From: a bacterium
Lineage (GTDB): Bacteria > Bacteroidota > Ignavibacteria > UBA10030
Direction of reading: 5' to 3'
DNA: 64,000 nucleotides
Assembly (NCBI GenBank): GCA_043803945.1
Contig: JAZDJN010000012.1
Span: 1-64,000 of the forward strand
Shown here: positions 8,791 through 18,493 of the stretch, piece after piece
Layout: each line of letters starts with the position of its first letter
Numbering within the stretch: the stretch's first letter is position 1
Made by a program: the position numbers and the translations under genes
Notes under the pieces: model-generated
Databases searched by the model: none
Told to the model about the DNA's origin: nothing
Seen by the model: the letters and a program-made list of their open reading frames with translations, nothing else

Positions 8791-10278
8791 TTACCCTCCA
8801 ACATAGTGCTCCAGAATTTTCCTGTAATGATATCCATAGATTGAAAGAGTGATCGCCATAGGAAATACTTTTGGCCGTGTCATCAGCGACCACCAGAAGA
8901 GTTTCCAGTAATGGACTCGTTCCTTTCCAAAGATTCCGAGAATGAAGACCGATTTGATGAATGCTTTCAGATACTCATACCGCAGCCGAACATATTGAAC
9001 TTTCGGAGGTTGATAGGTTTCTAAAAATGTTTTCACCCGCGCGTAATACTGCTTCGGTGTATAGATTGACTCGAGGATTGACCGATACCCTTTCACCAAA
9101 CTTTCATAATTCATCTTAGGAATAAAGTTCATCGAGAAATCCGTATTGTCGCCCGACATGGCGCTGAGCAATCTTCCCTCCTTCAGCATGCGGTGATATA
9201 ACCTCGAGCCGATGGGGGCGTTCAACAATCCGACCATTGCTGTCGCGATACCGCTTTCCTGAATGAAGTCCACCAGCTTCTGAAAGATCGAGCTCGGATC
9301 ATGATCAAATCCCACAATAAATCCGCCCTGGATCTGCAGGCCATGCCGTTGAATCGTTTTGACCGAATCGATGAGGCTTCTATTCCTGTTCGGTGTCTTC
9401 TTGCATTCCAACAGGCTTTCCTCATGGGGAGACTCGATACCGATAAACACCGTATTAAACCCGGCTTGAATCATCAATTGCATCAGCTCTTCATCATCGG
9501 CGAGATTGATCGAGGCTTCGGTATTGAGTCCGAAGGGCTGCTTTCTTTTTTTCATCCAATCAATGACTGCGGGAAGAATCTCTTTCTTGAGCTTCACTTT
9601 ATTGCCGATAAAGTTGTCGTCGACCAGAAATACATCGCCCCGCCAGCCGACGGTGTAGAGGCTTTCGAGCTCTGCAAGAAACTGCTCTCTGGTTTTTGTC
9701 CGGGGAGTTCTCCCGTACAAGACCGTGATATCACAGAATTCGCAGTCATACGGACAGCCGCGGGAATATTGCATATTCATCATTGAATAGTATCGCGGGG
9801 TCAGGAGATGCCAGAGTGGTATCGGCGTTGTCGAGATATCTGCCCAATCCGTTGTTGTATAGGAATGCTTTGGTATGCCGCGCCGCAGATCGTCCAGGAA
9901 AAGTGGAAGCGTAAGCTCTGCTTCTCCAAGGACGAGATAGTCGACATCATCGAATTCGCCTGCCCGCTCGGTGAACAACGGCCCACCGGCAACGATTTTA
10001 CGGTGAAGCGATTTGCACAGCGCCATGATCTCGCGGACAGATTTTACCTGAATAGACATTCCCCCGAGAAACACATAGTCGGCCCAAAGGATATCGCGTT
10101 CTTTGAGGGGTTGAACATTCATGTCGATAAGCATTTTATTCCACGATGCAGGAAGCATTGCAGCAATGGTGAGCAGCCCAAGCGGCGGAAAGGCGGCCTT
10201 TTTGGAGACAAACTTCAGCGCGTGCCGGAATCCCCAGAAGGTTTCCGGAAAGAGAGGATTGACGAGAAGGATATTCAT
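8791..10278 (-). CDS. B12-binding radical SAM protein (DUF4070 type)
   Basis: PPLGLLT N-terminal domain, SRGCPYDCEFC, DDNFIGN, GFIVGFD. Confidence 0.9.
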   Translation of the reverse strand: MNILLVNPLFPETFWGFRHALKFVSKKAAFPPLGLLTIAAMLPASWNKMLIDMNVQPLKERDILWADYVFLGGMSIQVKSVREIMALCKSLHRKIVAGGPLFTERAGEFDDVDYLVLGEAELTLPLFLDDLRRGIPKHSYTTTDWADISTTPIPLWHLLTPRYYSMMNMQYSRGCPYDCEFCDITVLYGRTPRTKTREQFLAELESLYTVGWRGDVFLVDDNFIGNKVKLKKEILPAVIDWMKKRKQPFGLNTEASINLADDEELMQLMIQAGFNTVFIGIESPHEESLLECKKTPNRNRSLIDSVKTIQRHGLQIQGGFIVGFDHDPSSIFQKLVDFIQESGIATAMVGLLNAPIGSRLYHRMLKEGRLLSAMSGDNTDFSMNFIPKMNYESLVKGYRSILESIYTPKQYYARVKTFLETYQPPKVQYVRLRYEYLKAFIKSVFILGIFGKERVHYWKLFWWSLMTRPKVFPMAITLSIYGYHYRKILEHYVGG

Positions 10279-10649
10279 GAGGTATTCATACTTCGTTAGT
10301 TTGTACTGAGGAATTCTGGATCGTTATCGAGACCAGGGGAAGCTTCCTGGGATTACCGGGGGTGATCTCTTCCAGGGCCGGGAATTCGAGATCGAGTGTG
10401 GAGATGATCGTCGAAAGCAGAACCAATGAAGGGGCTTAGTCGGGCTTCATTGTACCCGGCCGCAATGTACAGATTATCCGGAAAAGGTCAAACGGCAGAA
10501 TATTTTTCTTGACATTTGAGCTGTCACCGTTTACTTTTCGGTGTGTTTCATCGCAGGTGAAGCATCCATTCAACACCGTTTTCTGCCAAACATCGAGATT
10601 CTCTGATACATACCGAGTGCATATTTTTTGAGGAGCTTTCTCGAATTGT

Positions 10650-10994
10650 ATGATTTCGAAACCGAAAGTCTTAAGGTCTTTTCTCAGTACGATCGCTCAG
10701 CACAGCAGCCGTGTTATTACGGTCAAAGAGGCCGCGCTGCGGATCCATGTCGATCCATCAGACTTGAATCGCATCTGTTATTTTGAAACAGGCAAGCGGG
10801 CAAAGGCCCTGCTCGATGATGAATTTAAGCGAAGGGTGATTCACGATCTCAAGACGACATGTCTTATGGGCTATGAGATTGCTGCGAAGATGGGATTCTC
10901 AGATCCCCGGAATTTCTACCGCAAAGTCACGCGGATTTTTGGCAAAGGATGGTCATCGGTCGAGATTGATTTTCGAACAGGCAAGAGGAATTAG
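10650..10994 (+). CDS. Small AraC-type HTH protein
   Basis: YEIAAKMGFSDPRNFYR second HTH; GAGGAG RBS. Confidence 0.7.
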   Translation: MISKPKVLRSFLSTIAQHSSRVITVKEAALRIHVDPSDLNRICYFETGKRAKALLDDEFKRRVIHDLKTTCLMGYEIAAKMGFSDPRNFYRKVTRIFGKGWSSVEIDFRTGKRN

Positions 10995-11199
10995 AAACAT
11001 TGGATTTCACATGTTGTCGTTTCTGAAATACGCGCCCATGAAGAGCACCCATAATCAGCACCCGAAGATGATGGTTGATATCGGGCTACGATCTTTTTAC
11101 TATTTGCACAAGCAGAGGCAGGTTCCATCCCCAGTTCTTTTATCGATCGTAGTTCGTGGTCATTCCAATCAACCAATTATTTACATAAAGGAGGGTACA

Positions 11200-11568
11200 A
11201 TGCTAAATGTGAGATGTATACAAAGAGTAATTGGGATTTGTATATTAAGTATACTTATCCTTAGTAATATCATTCTCTTATTCTCAGAGAATGTTCAGGC
11301 TCGTCCAGTTCCGCAACAAGGTAAATGGTTGGGTGCAAATACGAATGTTTGGACTTGCTTCCAAAAGGTAACCAATAATTATGTGGGACTTGGTGATTTT
11401 AGCTGCTATGTAAACTATTCCCAATCAATCGTTACAGAGGTATGTGATGGTGCTGGTCAAGATTGTCTATATACACAGGGTGGCAATAACCCTTGGAGAT
11501 GGAATCCACCCACTCCTTGCTACCCAGACTATCAATCACAACCTTGCATGTTTCCTTGTGTATTTTGA
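11200..11568 (+). CDS. Secreted Cys-rich small protein (122 aa)
   Basis: AAGGAGG RBS before ATG 11200; hydrophobic signal ending VQA; 7 Cys in the mature part. Confidence 0.7.
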   Translation: MLNVRCIQRVIGICILSILILSNIILLFSENVQARPVPQQGKWLGANTNVWTCFQKVTNNYVGLGDFSCYVNYSQSIVTEVCDGAGQDCLYTQGGNNPWRWNPPTPCYPDYQSQPCMFPCVF

Positions 11569-11647
11569 AAAATTAACGGATGTTACGCAGAAAGAATAAT
11601 CTTGTTAATTAAAACGGTGCATCTCCCTTATGGGAGTTGTCCATAAT

Positions 11648-11673
11648 GTAGGACGAGTTGCCAACTCGTCCAC
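11648..11673. repeat. GTAG-type REP-like palindrome
   Basis: gtaggacgagttgccaactcgtccac. Confidence 0.6.
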
Positions 11674-11844
11674 ATTGGGTTTGCGAATATTCAGTGTAAT
11701 GCTCACATTCAAAGTATGAAATACATTCGATAATAACTTTTTGGGCAACCTCATATGGGGTGGTTGGAGTTTGCCAATAACAACATAGATTGATTGATGA
11801 TTATCCTTTTTTTCGTCAGGGGATATATTAACAGAATATAGCTG

Positions 11845-12987
11845 ATGTTCTCATACCATTTACAATATATATTTATAGTTTTAATGTTTTTGGGCTGTGG
11901 CTCAAAAAGTAAATTTGAAGATGATAGAAGTATTGTATCAGCAGGAAACAATAATATTCTTGCCGATTCTCTATTTTCTGTTATTAAAGAGATCCAGTTA
12001 GAAACAATCTCATCAAGTATAATTTCTTTTCCATATTTATTATATAAACACCAAGATAATTTAATTATCTCATCGCGAGGGATGGAACTAAAAGTATTCA
12101 GTGTTAATGGAAAATATATAAAGAATATTGGTAGACTTGGGGATGGACCTGGTGAATACAGAGATATTTCTACTTGCTTCAATATCGATGGAGAGAATTT
12201 TGGTGTTTTCGATCCGAAGAATAAACGCGTAACTATTTTCAACTCTGATGGTGTATTGTTTAATACATATAAGTTTAATATTTATGATACATATGCCATC
12301 CAATCAATCGTACATTGTCAAAACAAATATTACATACATTCAAAATCGTATTGGAAAGGACATCCTGAATTAGTATATGAGACAGATTCGGTTTTTAATA
12401 TTATCCGGGGTTTCATTTCTGCTGATGAAAAATATTATGGGTATTTTTATCGAAACCTGATAGAGGGGCATCTTATTTTTGATGATCAAAGACTATGTTT
12501 ATATGAAGTTAATTCAATGGCTTTTCGCCTTAATATAATTGATCCTTTCTCAAGCAAAGTAGATTTTATAGAAATAAGCAGTCCTTCCTTTTTTAAACAA
12601 TTAACTCCTCTACCAAAAATATCCTCTTCTGAGTTTAGTGTAGGTGAATATAGAAAGGCAACGCACCCATTTAAGCTGTTTGTTATTGGAAATCGTTACC
12701 TAATTATTCAATATCTAAGCAATATTTACAGCAATAAATTTCATGCTGAAGTTGCTAGGTTTGATTATTTTATTTTGGATTTAGAAAAAAGATTATATGT
12801 ATTTGCTTCAGGTGGGTTACATAATCCCACATATGGCGATGGTACTAATTTGTATAATGTTATGTATAATAGAAAAGAAGATAAGAACGATGATGAATCG
12901 TTCGTAAGGAATCCGAAGATACTTATTTACCAATTTAACAAGAGATACTTTGAACAATTGACAAAACATCTTACCAATAATTATTAA
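11845..12987 (+). CDS. 6-bladed beta-propeller lipoprotein
   Basis: Lipobox FLGC; IGRLGDGPGEY signature; AT-rich. Confidence 0.75.
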   Translation: MFSYHLQYIFIVLMFLGCGSKSKFEDDRSIVSAGNNNILADSLFSVIKEIQLETISSSIISFPYLLYKHQDNLIISSRGMELKVFSVNGKYIKNIGRLGDGPGEYRDISTCFNIDGENFGVFDPKNKRVTIFNSDGVLFNTYKFNIYDTYAIQSIVHCQNKYYIHSKSYWKGHPELVYETDSVFNIIRGFISADEKYYGYFYRNLIEGHLIFDDQRLCLYEVNSMAFRLNIIDPFSSKVDFIEISSPSFFKQLTPLPKISSSEFSVGEYRKATHPFKLFVIGNRYLIIQYLSNIYSNKFHAEVARFDYFILDLEKRLYVFASGGLHNPTYGDGTNLYNVMYNRKEDKNDDESFVRNPKILIYQFNKRYFEQLTKHLTNNY

Positions 12988-12996
12988 TATTATTAA

Positions 12997-13554
12997 ATGG
13001 GAAAAAATATATCTATTAGCATCCTAATTATTCTTAATGTATTAACATTATATCGTTTATTAAATCGAACTGGTATTCCTTGTACTCAAATAAATTCAGT
13101 TCTTGAATATGAGAGATTAAATCAAATAGATACATTGGTATTAAGTAGCTGGAAAAAGGAAGAGCGTGTTACCCCAAAATTTGATAAACCAACTATTTTA
13201 CTTTTCTTTTCAAAAAAAGGTTGCAAGAGTTGTTATGAAGATATAATCGATTTGATGAGTAAATATCATAATAAACAGATTTCAACTTATATCATCTCAA
13301 CAGATGTTAACACAAAAGAAGAACGCTCTATATTTAATGCACGATTTATCCAAGCGTTACCTTTTTATTCATTAAAGTTATTATCACTTAAAGACACATC
13401 AAAATATGCATTACCATTATTTCTTGTTGTCGATCAAAAAAAACAAATATTATTTTCTAAAACTCTTCCTCCAGTTCCAGATGCACTCAAAGAATATCCT
13501 TTTTGGCAAAGGATTGAATTACTCTACTCTTTAGCAAAAAACGCATATAGCTAA
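12997..13554 (+). CDS. Membrane-anchored thioredoxin-like CxxC protein
   Basis: N-terminal TM, LLFFSKKGCKSC, LPLFLVVD. Confidence 0.65.
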   Translation: MGKNISISILIILNVLTLYRLLNRTGIPCTQINSVLEYERLNQIDTLVLSSWKKEERVTPKFDKPTILLFFSKKGCKSCYEDIIDLMSKYHNKQISTYIISTDVNTKEERSIFNARFIQALPFYSLKLLSLKDTSKYALPLFLVVDQKKQILFSKTLPPVPDALKEYPFWQRIELLYSLAKNAYS

Positions 13555-13686
13555 TTCTATCATTTAATGCCACCTAATGAATTGCAACGATTATCCTTTG
13601 CGCCCCTTTGCGGTTTAACACTTAATCTAAATTACTCAGTTGGTTTTAATGAAATATACAGACGATGATCTGGCTTCACAACTCGA

Positions 13687-15159
13687 TTAGGAAACTGTTT
13701 CTTGCGGCAGCTCCTCAAGCCCGAACCTATTTGCATGAGATTTCATCACGTGCGATACGCGAGTTCTTACCTCATTGTTCAGAATCGGCCCACTATCCTT
13801 TTCAAGCAGTTTCTGTACTTGTTGTGAAGCGCGCTCTGCCAATGTCGGTTTCCCGTCGCGTTCCCATTCTTCATGCGTGCCCCGGTCAATAATCCGTGGA
13901 TACTTCTGCTCTACATGAAACCACTCGAGCGTGTGGGGATTGGTAAGAAAATCGAACTCCTTCTCTCCTGCCGGAAACAAATCTAAGGCAATCGGTTCAT
14001 CCCGCTGGGCAATTCCCTCGATGAGCCGGTAGGCCATACCGCAGATTTCATTATCGATCACGAGCTTCTCAAGGCTCTGCGTCATTTCGTAATCTATCAT
14101 TCCGCCGCCCGAGATGACATTGATACCGGAGAGTGCCGCCATTACCATTCCCATGCCGGTTTCCAGGCCGGCCTGAGCATCGACACATTTTGAATCGCTC
14201 AGGCCAAGATAGGCATGCGTAGGAAGCCCGAGCGCTTTGCCGATTTGACTGTATGCGGAGTCGATCATCATCGTTTCCATCGCGCCCATCGGTGCGTTTG
14301 CTGTTCTGAGATCGAATGCTGCCGGCGACCCGCCAAAAATCACCGGCGCACTTTTATCCGCCAATTGCGCCATTGCGACACCGGCGAGGTTTTCTGCTGC
14401 CAGTTGCACTAACGCTCCAGCCAAGGTGATGGGCGCTGTTGCTCCTGTCAGAGGCATCGAGACAATCTCCGAGGGGATTCCCGACCGTGCACAATCGAGA
14501 ACACTCTGCGATGTGAGATTGCTCCACTTTAATGGCGGTGAAGGGCACGCATCAAAGATGGCAAGAGGTTTCTCTCTAAGTTGATCCGCACCACCTCTAA
14601 CCGCTGAGAGCATATCACGCATTGGCTCGAATCCCTCAACCACAAAGAGCCCGGTCACAATCGGTTTCGAGCAGTGCTGGAGCGCAAGATAGAGCCGGTA
14701 GCAATCGGAGATTTGTTCCGGCACGTCGCTGCTTATCAATCCTGTGCTCTGAAAATGGAAATGCTCAAGCTGCTGAATGAGGCGGGAGAACCGAATCAGA
14801 TCATGAGTAGAAGCTTTTCGTTCGGACTGTGTTTGGTGATCGAAGATCCTGAGCGCCGCCGAGCCCGGATCGAAATGAATTTCGTCACCCCCGACACAGT
14901 ACGATTGTTCGCCGCTGGCATCAACCATCGTGATTGTGTGAGGAGCCGAAGCAAGTGCGTCCTGAATAATCCTGGCTGGTATCCGCAGGCGGGAGGTTGC
15001 TGAGTCTTTCATCGCACCCGCATCGAGTAAGAGCCGCTCTGCTTCCCGATTCTCAACGAACACACCAACCCGTTCAAGCAGTTGAAACGCTTCGTTAATA
15101 ATTTTTTGTACGAAGGCCTCACTGAGTATTTTCATCGAGGGTCGAAACGGCATAGTCAT
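13687..15159 (-). CDS. Trimethylamine methyltransferase (MttB superfamily, non-pyrrolysine)
   Basis: SPPLKW, GATAPITLAGAL, DSKCVDAQAG, EKLVIDNEI; no internal TAG. Confidence 0.88.
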   Translation of the reverse strand: MTMPFRPSMKILSEAFVQKIINEAFQLLERVGVFVENREAERLLLDAGAMKDSATSRLRIPARIIQDALASAPHTITMVDASGEQSYCVGGDEIHFDPGSAALRIFDHQTQSERKASTHDLIRFSRLIQQLEHFHFQSTGLISSDVPEQISDCYRLYLALQHCSKPIVTGLFVVEGFEPMRDMLSAVRGGADQLREKPLAIFDACPSPPLKWSNLTSQSVLDCARSGIPSEIVSMPLTGATAPITLAGALVQLAAENLAGVAMAQLADKSAPVIFGGSPAAFDLRTANAPMGAMETMMIDSAYSQIGKALGLPTHAYLGLSDSKCVDAQAGLETGMGMVMAALSGINVISGGGMIDYEMTQSLEKLVIDNEICGMAYRLIEGIAQRDEPIALDLFPAGEKEFDFLTNPHTLEWFHVEQKYPRIIDRGTHEEWERDGKPTLAERASQQVQKLLEKDSGPILNNEVRTRVSHVMKSHANRFGLEELPQETVS

Positions 15160-15402
15160 ACTTCTGTTCCTCTTTCCCTCATCAAACGGTTCTCTCTTTT
15201 CTGACAGATGCTATGAAGAAAGATTGTTTCCGCTCAGCAAAGAAAGAAGTAGCATCCAATCTTTTTGACCCCCTCGTCAATCTCCCTCTCACTCTTTCTT
15301 CTTCGTCTGCCACCAACTTTTTGATTACCACGTTCTTCATACTTTCTACTTGCTACTCGATACTTCAATACTCCCCTCATACTCTCATACACTCTTACAC
15401 TC

Positions 15403-16941
15403 TCATTTCCCCTGCAACCATTTCTTTTCCCAGGCTGAATATTCATGCAGGAGCTGTGCGGGTGCATAGGCATACCAGCCATATCCGGTTCTTCTCTCCC
15501 GATCGACTTCAGCGAGTGTATAGACCGGAATGCCATCTCTGTTCGAGAAGAATGGCCTGTTTGTTCCCAACTCATAAAATCGCGTCCAGATCGGCGGTGC
15601 TTTGGGATCATCAACTGCAACGCGATCGATACTCGTGGTATGATATTGAAACTGAACCCGCGGTGCATCTACAGTATCGATCCGAATTCCCTTAATCGCC
15701 GATCTTTTGTACCACGCTATCGCCGACTGAACTGCTCCAACAATATCCTTCCCAGGATTCTCGATACTCATGAGGAACTGCACGATCTCTGCACTTTCCA
15801 GGCTGCAGAGCGAAGGCAGTTCATAGGTCCGTGCTTTTTGCGGTTCGTATGTTCGATTGTCATGCTGTTGACACCAGACCGTCGCTATACCTTTCTGCTG
15901 TATCTGACACTTCAGGATGCAGGCGATCCCGTTCGTGTATGCCTGCTTGAGAAGAGATCGGCGCTGCGGATCGACAAAGGAATAGGCTGGATCATTGGTA
16001 ACAATGTCGTGGAGAAGCTTCATAATACCGATCATCGCACCGTCGTTGAATGTAATGTACTTCCTATAACCATTGATATCCGGATAAAACTGAGGCCAGC
16101 CTCCATTGGGATATTGTGCGCTCAGGATGAAATCCAATCCTTTCAGGCATGCCTCTTTGTATACAGCAGTCTTGAACAACCCGTACGCTTGAGCCAGGTA
16201 TGCAACATGGGAATGTGTGGCCCCGTTATCGAAGGTCGTATTCAACTCATTCTTTGACGCGAGCACAGCATCGTACTGATCTTTCGTCAACACAGCCTGC
16301 ATATCGTAATTCTTCGGCCAGCCGCCATTGGATTTTTGATACAACAGGATGTTGTCGGCGATTCTGTTGCTTTCCTGATCTGAGTACCGTTCCTGCCGCG
16401 CCATCGGTGCAATCACCCGCACTTCATCCAGAATATCATACCAGTGATGCGAGCTGTCATAGAATGGCCCGAGAGGGATTTTATTATCGTACTGTTTGAT
16501 CACCAGATACTTCAGCTCCGCATCGCCGACATTGCGAATGCCATGCTCTGACCCTGATGGACAATAAAAGCTTGCATAGGGAGTAATAATCTGCGTCTTG
16601 CCATTGAGGTACGCTTCCGCTGTTCCTTCGAGCACAAAGAAAAATTCATCTTCCCCATGCTGATGCGGTGGATGCGTTGCTGCATGCGGACGAACGACGC
16701 TCATCTTCAGCGTTCTGCCGTCGATAAATCCCCGGTCGGCAAACCAATATTGATAGCCGGCCTTTGTCGATTCGATTGCAGCCGGAGAGAATTGATTCAC
16801 ATTCTTCTGGAGCGAGAAAATCATACTCTCTAATTCTCCCTTCCGGGTATTCTGCTGCGCAGGTGAGAGGCAGAAGATAACGAGAAGCATCGGGAAGAGC
16901 GCATGAAATTCCGGCAATTGGAGTCTTCGAAATCGTTTCAT
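15403..16941 (-). CDS. Secreted cupin domain fused to a PL10 pectate lyase
   Basis: HPPHQH..EFFFVLEG cupin; GGWPKN, TFDNGAT, GGWPQFYP, ITFND, ARTYELPS. Confidence 0.85.
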   Translation of the reverse strand: MKRFRRLQLPEFHALFPMLLVIFCLSPAQQNTRKGELESMIFSLQKNVNQFSPAAIESTKAGYQYWFADRGFIDGRTLKMSVVRPHAATHPPHQHGEDEFFFVLEGTAEAYLNGKTQIITPYASFYCPSGSEHGIRNVGDAELKYLVIKQYDNKIPLGPFYDSSHHWYDILDEVRVIAPMARQERYSDQESNRIADNILLYQKSNGGWPKNYDMQAVLTKDQYDAVLASKNELNTTFDNGATHSHVAYLAQAYGLFKTAVYKEACLKGLDFILSAQYPNGGWPQFYPDINGYRKYITFNDGAMIGIMKLLHDIVTNDPAYSFVDPQRRSLLKQAYTNGIACILKCQIQQKGIATVWCQQHDNRTYEPQKARTYELPSLCSLESAEIVQFLMSIENPGKDIVGAVQSAIAWYKRSAIKGIRIDTVDAPRVQFQYHTTSIDRVAVDDPKAPPIWTRFYELGTNRPFFSNRDGIPVYTLAEVDRERRTGYGWYAYAPAQLLHEYSAWEKKWLQGK

Positions 16942-17478
16942 TGGTCCACCAAATTAGTTCTTGAGAAATACATTGAACGCATCGGCGCAAAATAATATCT
17001 TTATCTAAAGATAGAGAAAAAAAAGTAACCTTCTACCCTCCTCCCATTTTCCACCAAGAATTTCTTGAATGAGCTAGATATGCAGCGAACATCTTTAGCA
17101 GGTATTCTTTCCATATCTCGATGTTGGTCTTAGTATCTTCATATCCACACCTTGTTCAATCCCAACTACGTCATTCTCTAAGAACAACCTTTTGTTCTCC
17201 TGGCAGAATGTTCATCCATCTGTATGATGATTCAGAAGACCGGTAAGTAACAAAATCTCAATACGTTATCGGTATTCCTTTCTGAGTTATCGGAATATTC
17301 TTTTTCATCCTCAGGAATTTTCCATACTATCTAAAAAACCCTACACGCAAAAAATCCATTTTTGAAGGGATTCGATAAAACGGCTGGCATAGGCCTTGAT
17401 GCAAGAAGAGCACCTTGTGGCACTTTCTAGGTATGTGCACAACGGTACGGCCTGAGGCACAAGAAAGGATTCTCGCCT

Positions 17479-17970
17479 ATGAGTACAGGAGCACTTATAT
17501 TGGCTCGTCTCTCCGATCCGGAGAAACTGCTCTCCACTGCCGAGTTTCTCGAGCGGTCGGAGTTCGTCGAATGCTGGAACGCTGTTGACGGGCATGTGGA
17601 CCTCGTAGCAAAGATTAAAACGAGCGCGGCAAATCTCCCCGAACAATTCCAAACACTCGCCGGCATCGATGACCTGCAGGTGTACGACCTGACCGATGAA
17701 TCGGGAAACCTTGTCTGCAACCCGGAGCTGTCTCATGCATTCCTCTTTCTCGATATCCAGCCCGATACACTCAACACAGTTAAATCATTGTTACGAACTT
17801 ACAAGAATATTATTTTCTGCTCGCAGGTCAATGGAACGAGCGAGTTGATCGCTGTTTTGAATGGCACATCATTTCAGGAGATCGATCAAATCGTCAACCG
17901 CGGTATCCGTACCATCGACGGCGTGTTGCGTGTTAAACAAGACCGTGTCATCAATCTGAAACAGATCTAA
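17479..17970 (+). CDS. Lrp/AsnC ligand-binding (ferredoxin-like) double-domain protein lacking an HTH
   Basis: VDGHVDLVAKI and IRTIDGV repeats. Confidence 0.6.
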   Translation: MSTGALILARLSDPEKLLSTAEFLERSEFVECWNAVDGHVDLVAKIKTSAANLPEQFQTLAGIDDLQVYDLTDESGNLVCNPELSHAFLFLDIQPDTLNTVKSLLRTYKNIIFCSQVNGTSELIAVLNGTSFQEIDQIVNRGIRTIDGVLRVKQDRVINLKQI

Positions 17971-17979
17971 GGCCGAACC

Positions 17980-18486
17980 ATGGCAGACCATCCCACTGAA
18001 GAATTCAAACCGTTCAATGTCGACCTCTGGAAGTACGACGGGCATGCGGGTGCGTTGATCCCTCTTCTGCAATCCGCCCAGAACACGTATGGGTACGTTT
18101 CTGAAAAGGTAATCGATCACATCAGTTATATCACCGGAATTCCCGCTGCGGAAATCTATGGTGTGGTCACCTTCTATGCACAGTTCCGCACAAAGCCGCT
18201 CGGTAAGAATATTGTGAAGATCTGCAACGGAACGGCCTGCCACGTGAATGGTGCGAGAACGATTTACGATACGGTTCAGGACGAGCTCCAAATCACGTAT
18301 GATGAAACCACGGACGACGGTAATTTCAGTTTGCTCTCTGTTGCATGCCTTGGCTGCTGTTCTCTTGCTCCCGTGTTAACAGTGAATGGAGAGACTCATG
18401 GCCGGCTGGATTCAACGAAAGTGCGAAAAGTGATTCGCGAAGAGAAACGCCGTGCCGGTGCGGTTTCGAAAGCGACGGAAGAATGA
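17980..18486 (+). CDS. nuoE: NuoE/HydC-like [2Fe-2S] subunit
   Basis: CNGTACH, CLGCCSLAP. Confidence 0.9.
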   Translation: MADHPTEEFKPFNVDLWKYDGHAGALIPLLQSAQNTYGYVSEKVIDHISYITGIPAAEIYGVVTFYAQFRTKPLGKNIVKICNGTACHVNGARTIYDTVQDELQITYDETTDDGNFSLLSVACLGCCSLAPVLTVNGETHGRLDSTKVRKVIREEKRRAGAVSKATEE

Positions 18487-18493
18487 GGCTCTT

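Noticed and set aside
10873-11199. N-terminal part of the 231-aa ORF
   Set aside because: Overlaps the AraC-like gene; the strong RBS and signal peptide indicate a start at 11200
13687-15159. Pyrrolysine recoding
   Set aside because: ORF is open to full length with no internal TAG
15445-16257. 270-aa plus-strand ORF and other antisense ORFs
   Set aside because: Shadows of well-supported opposite-strand genes with no motifs
17266-17300. Direct repeat gttatcgg at 21-bp spacing as a regulator site
   Set aside because: Only two short copies; cannot be distinguished from chance
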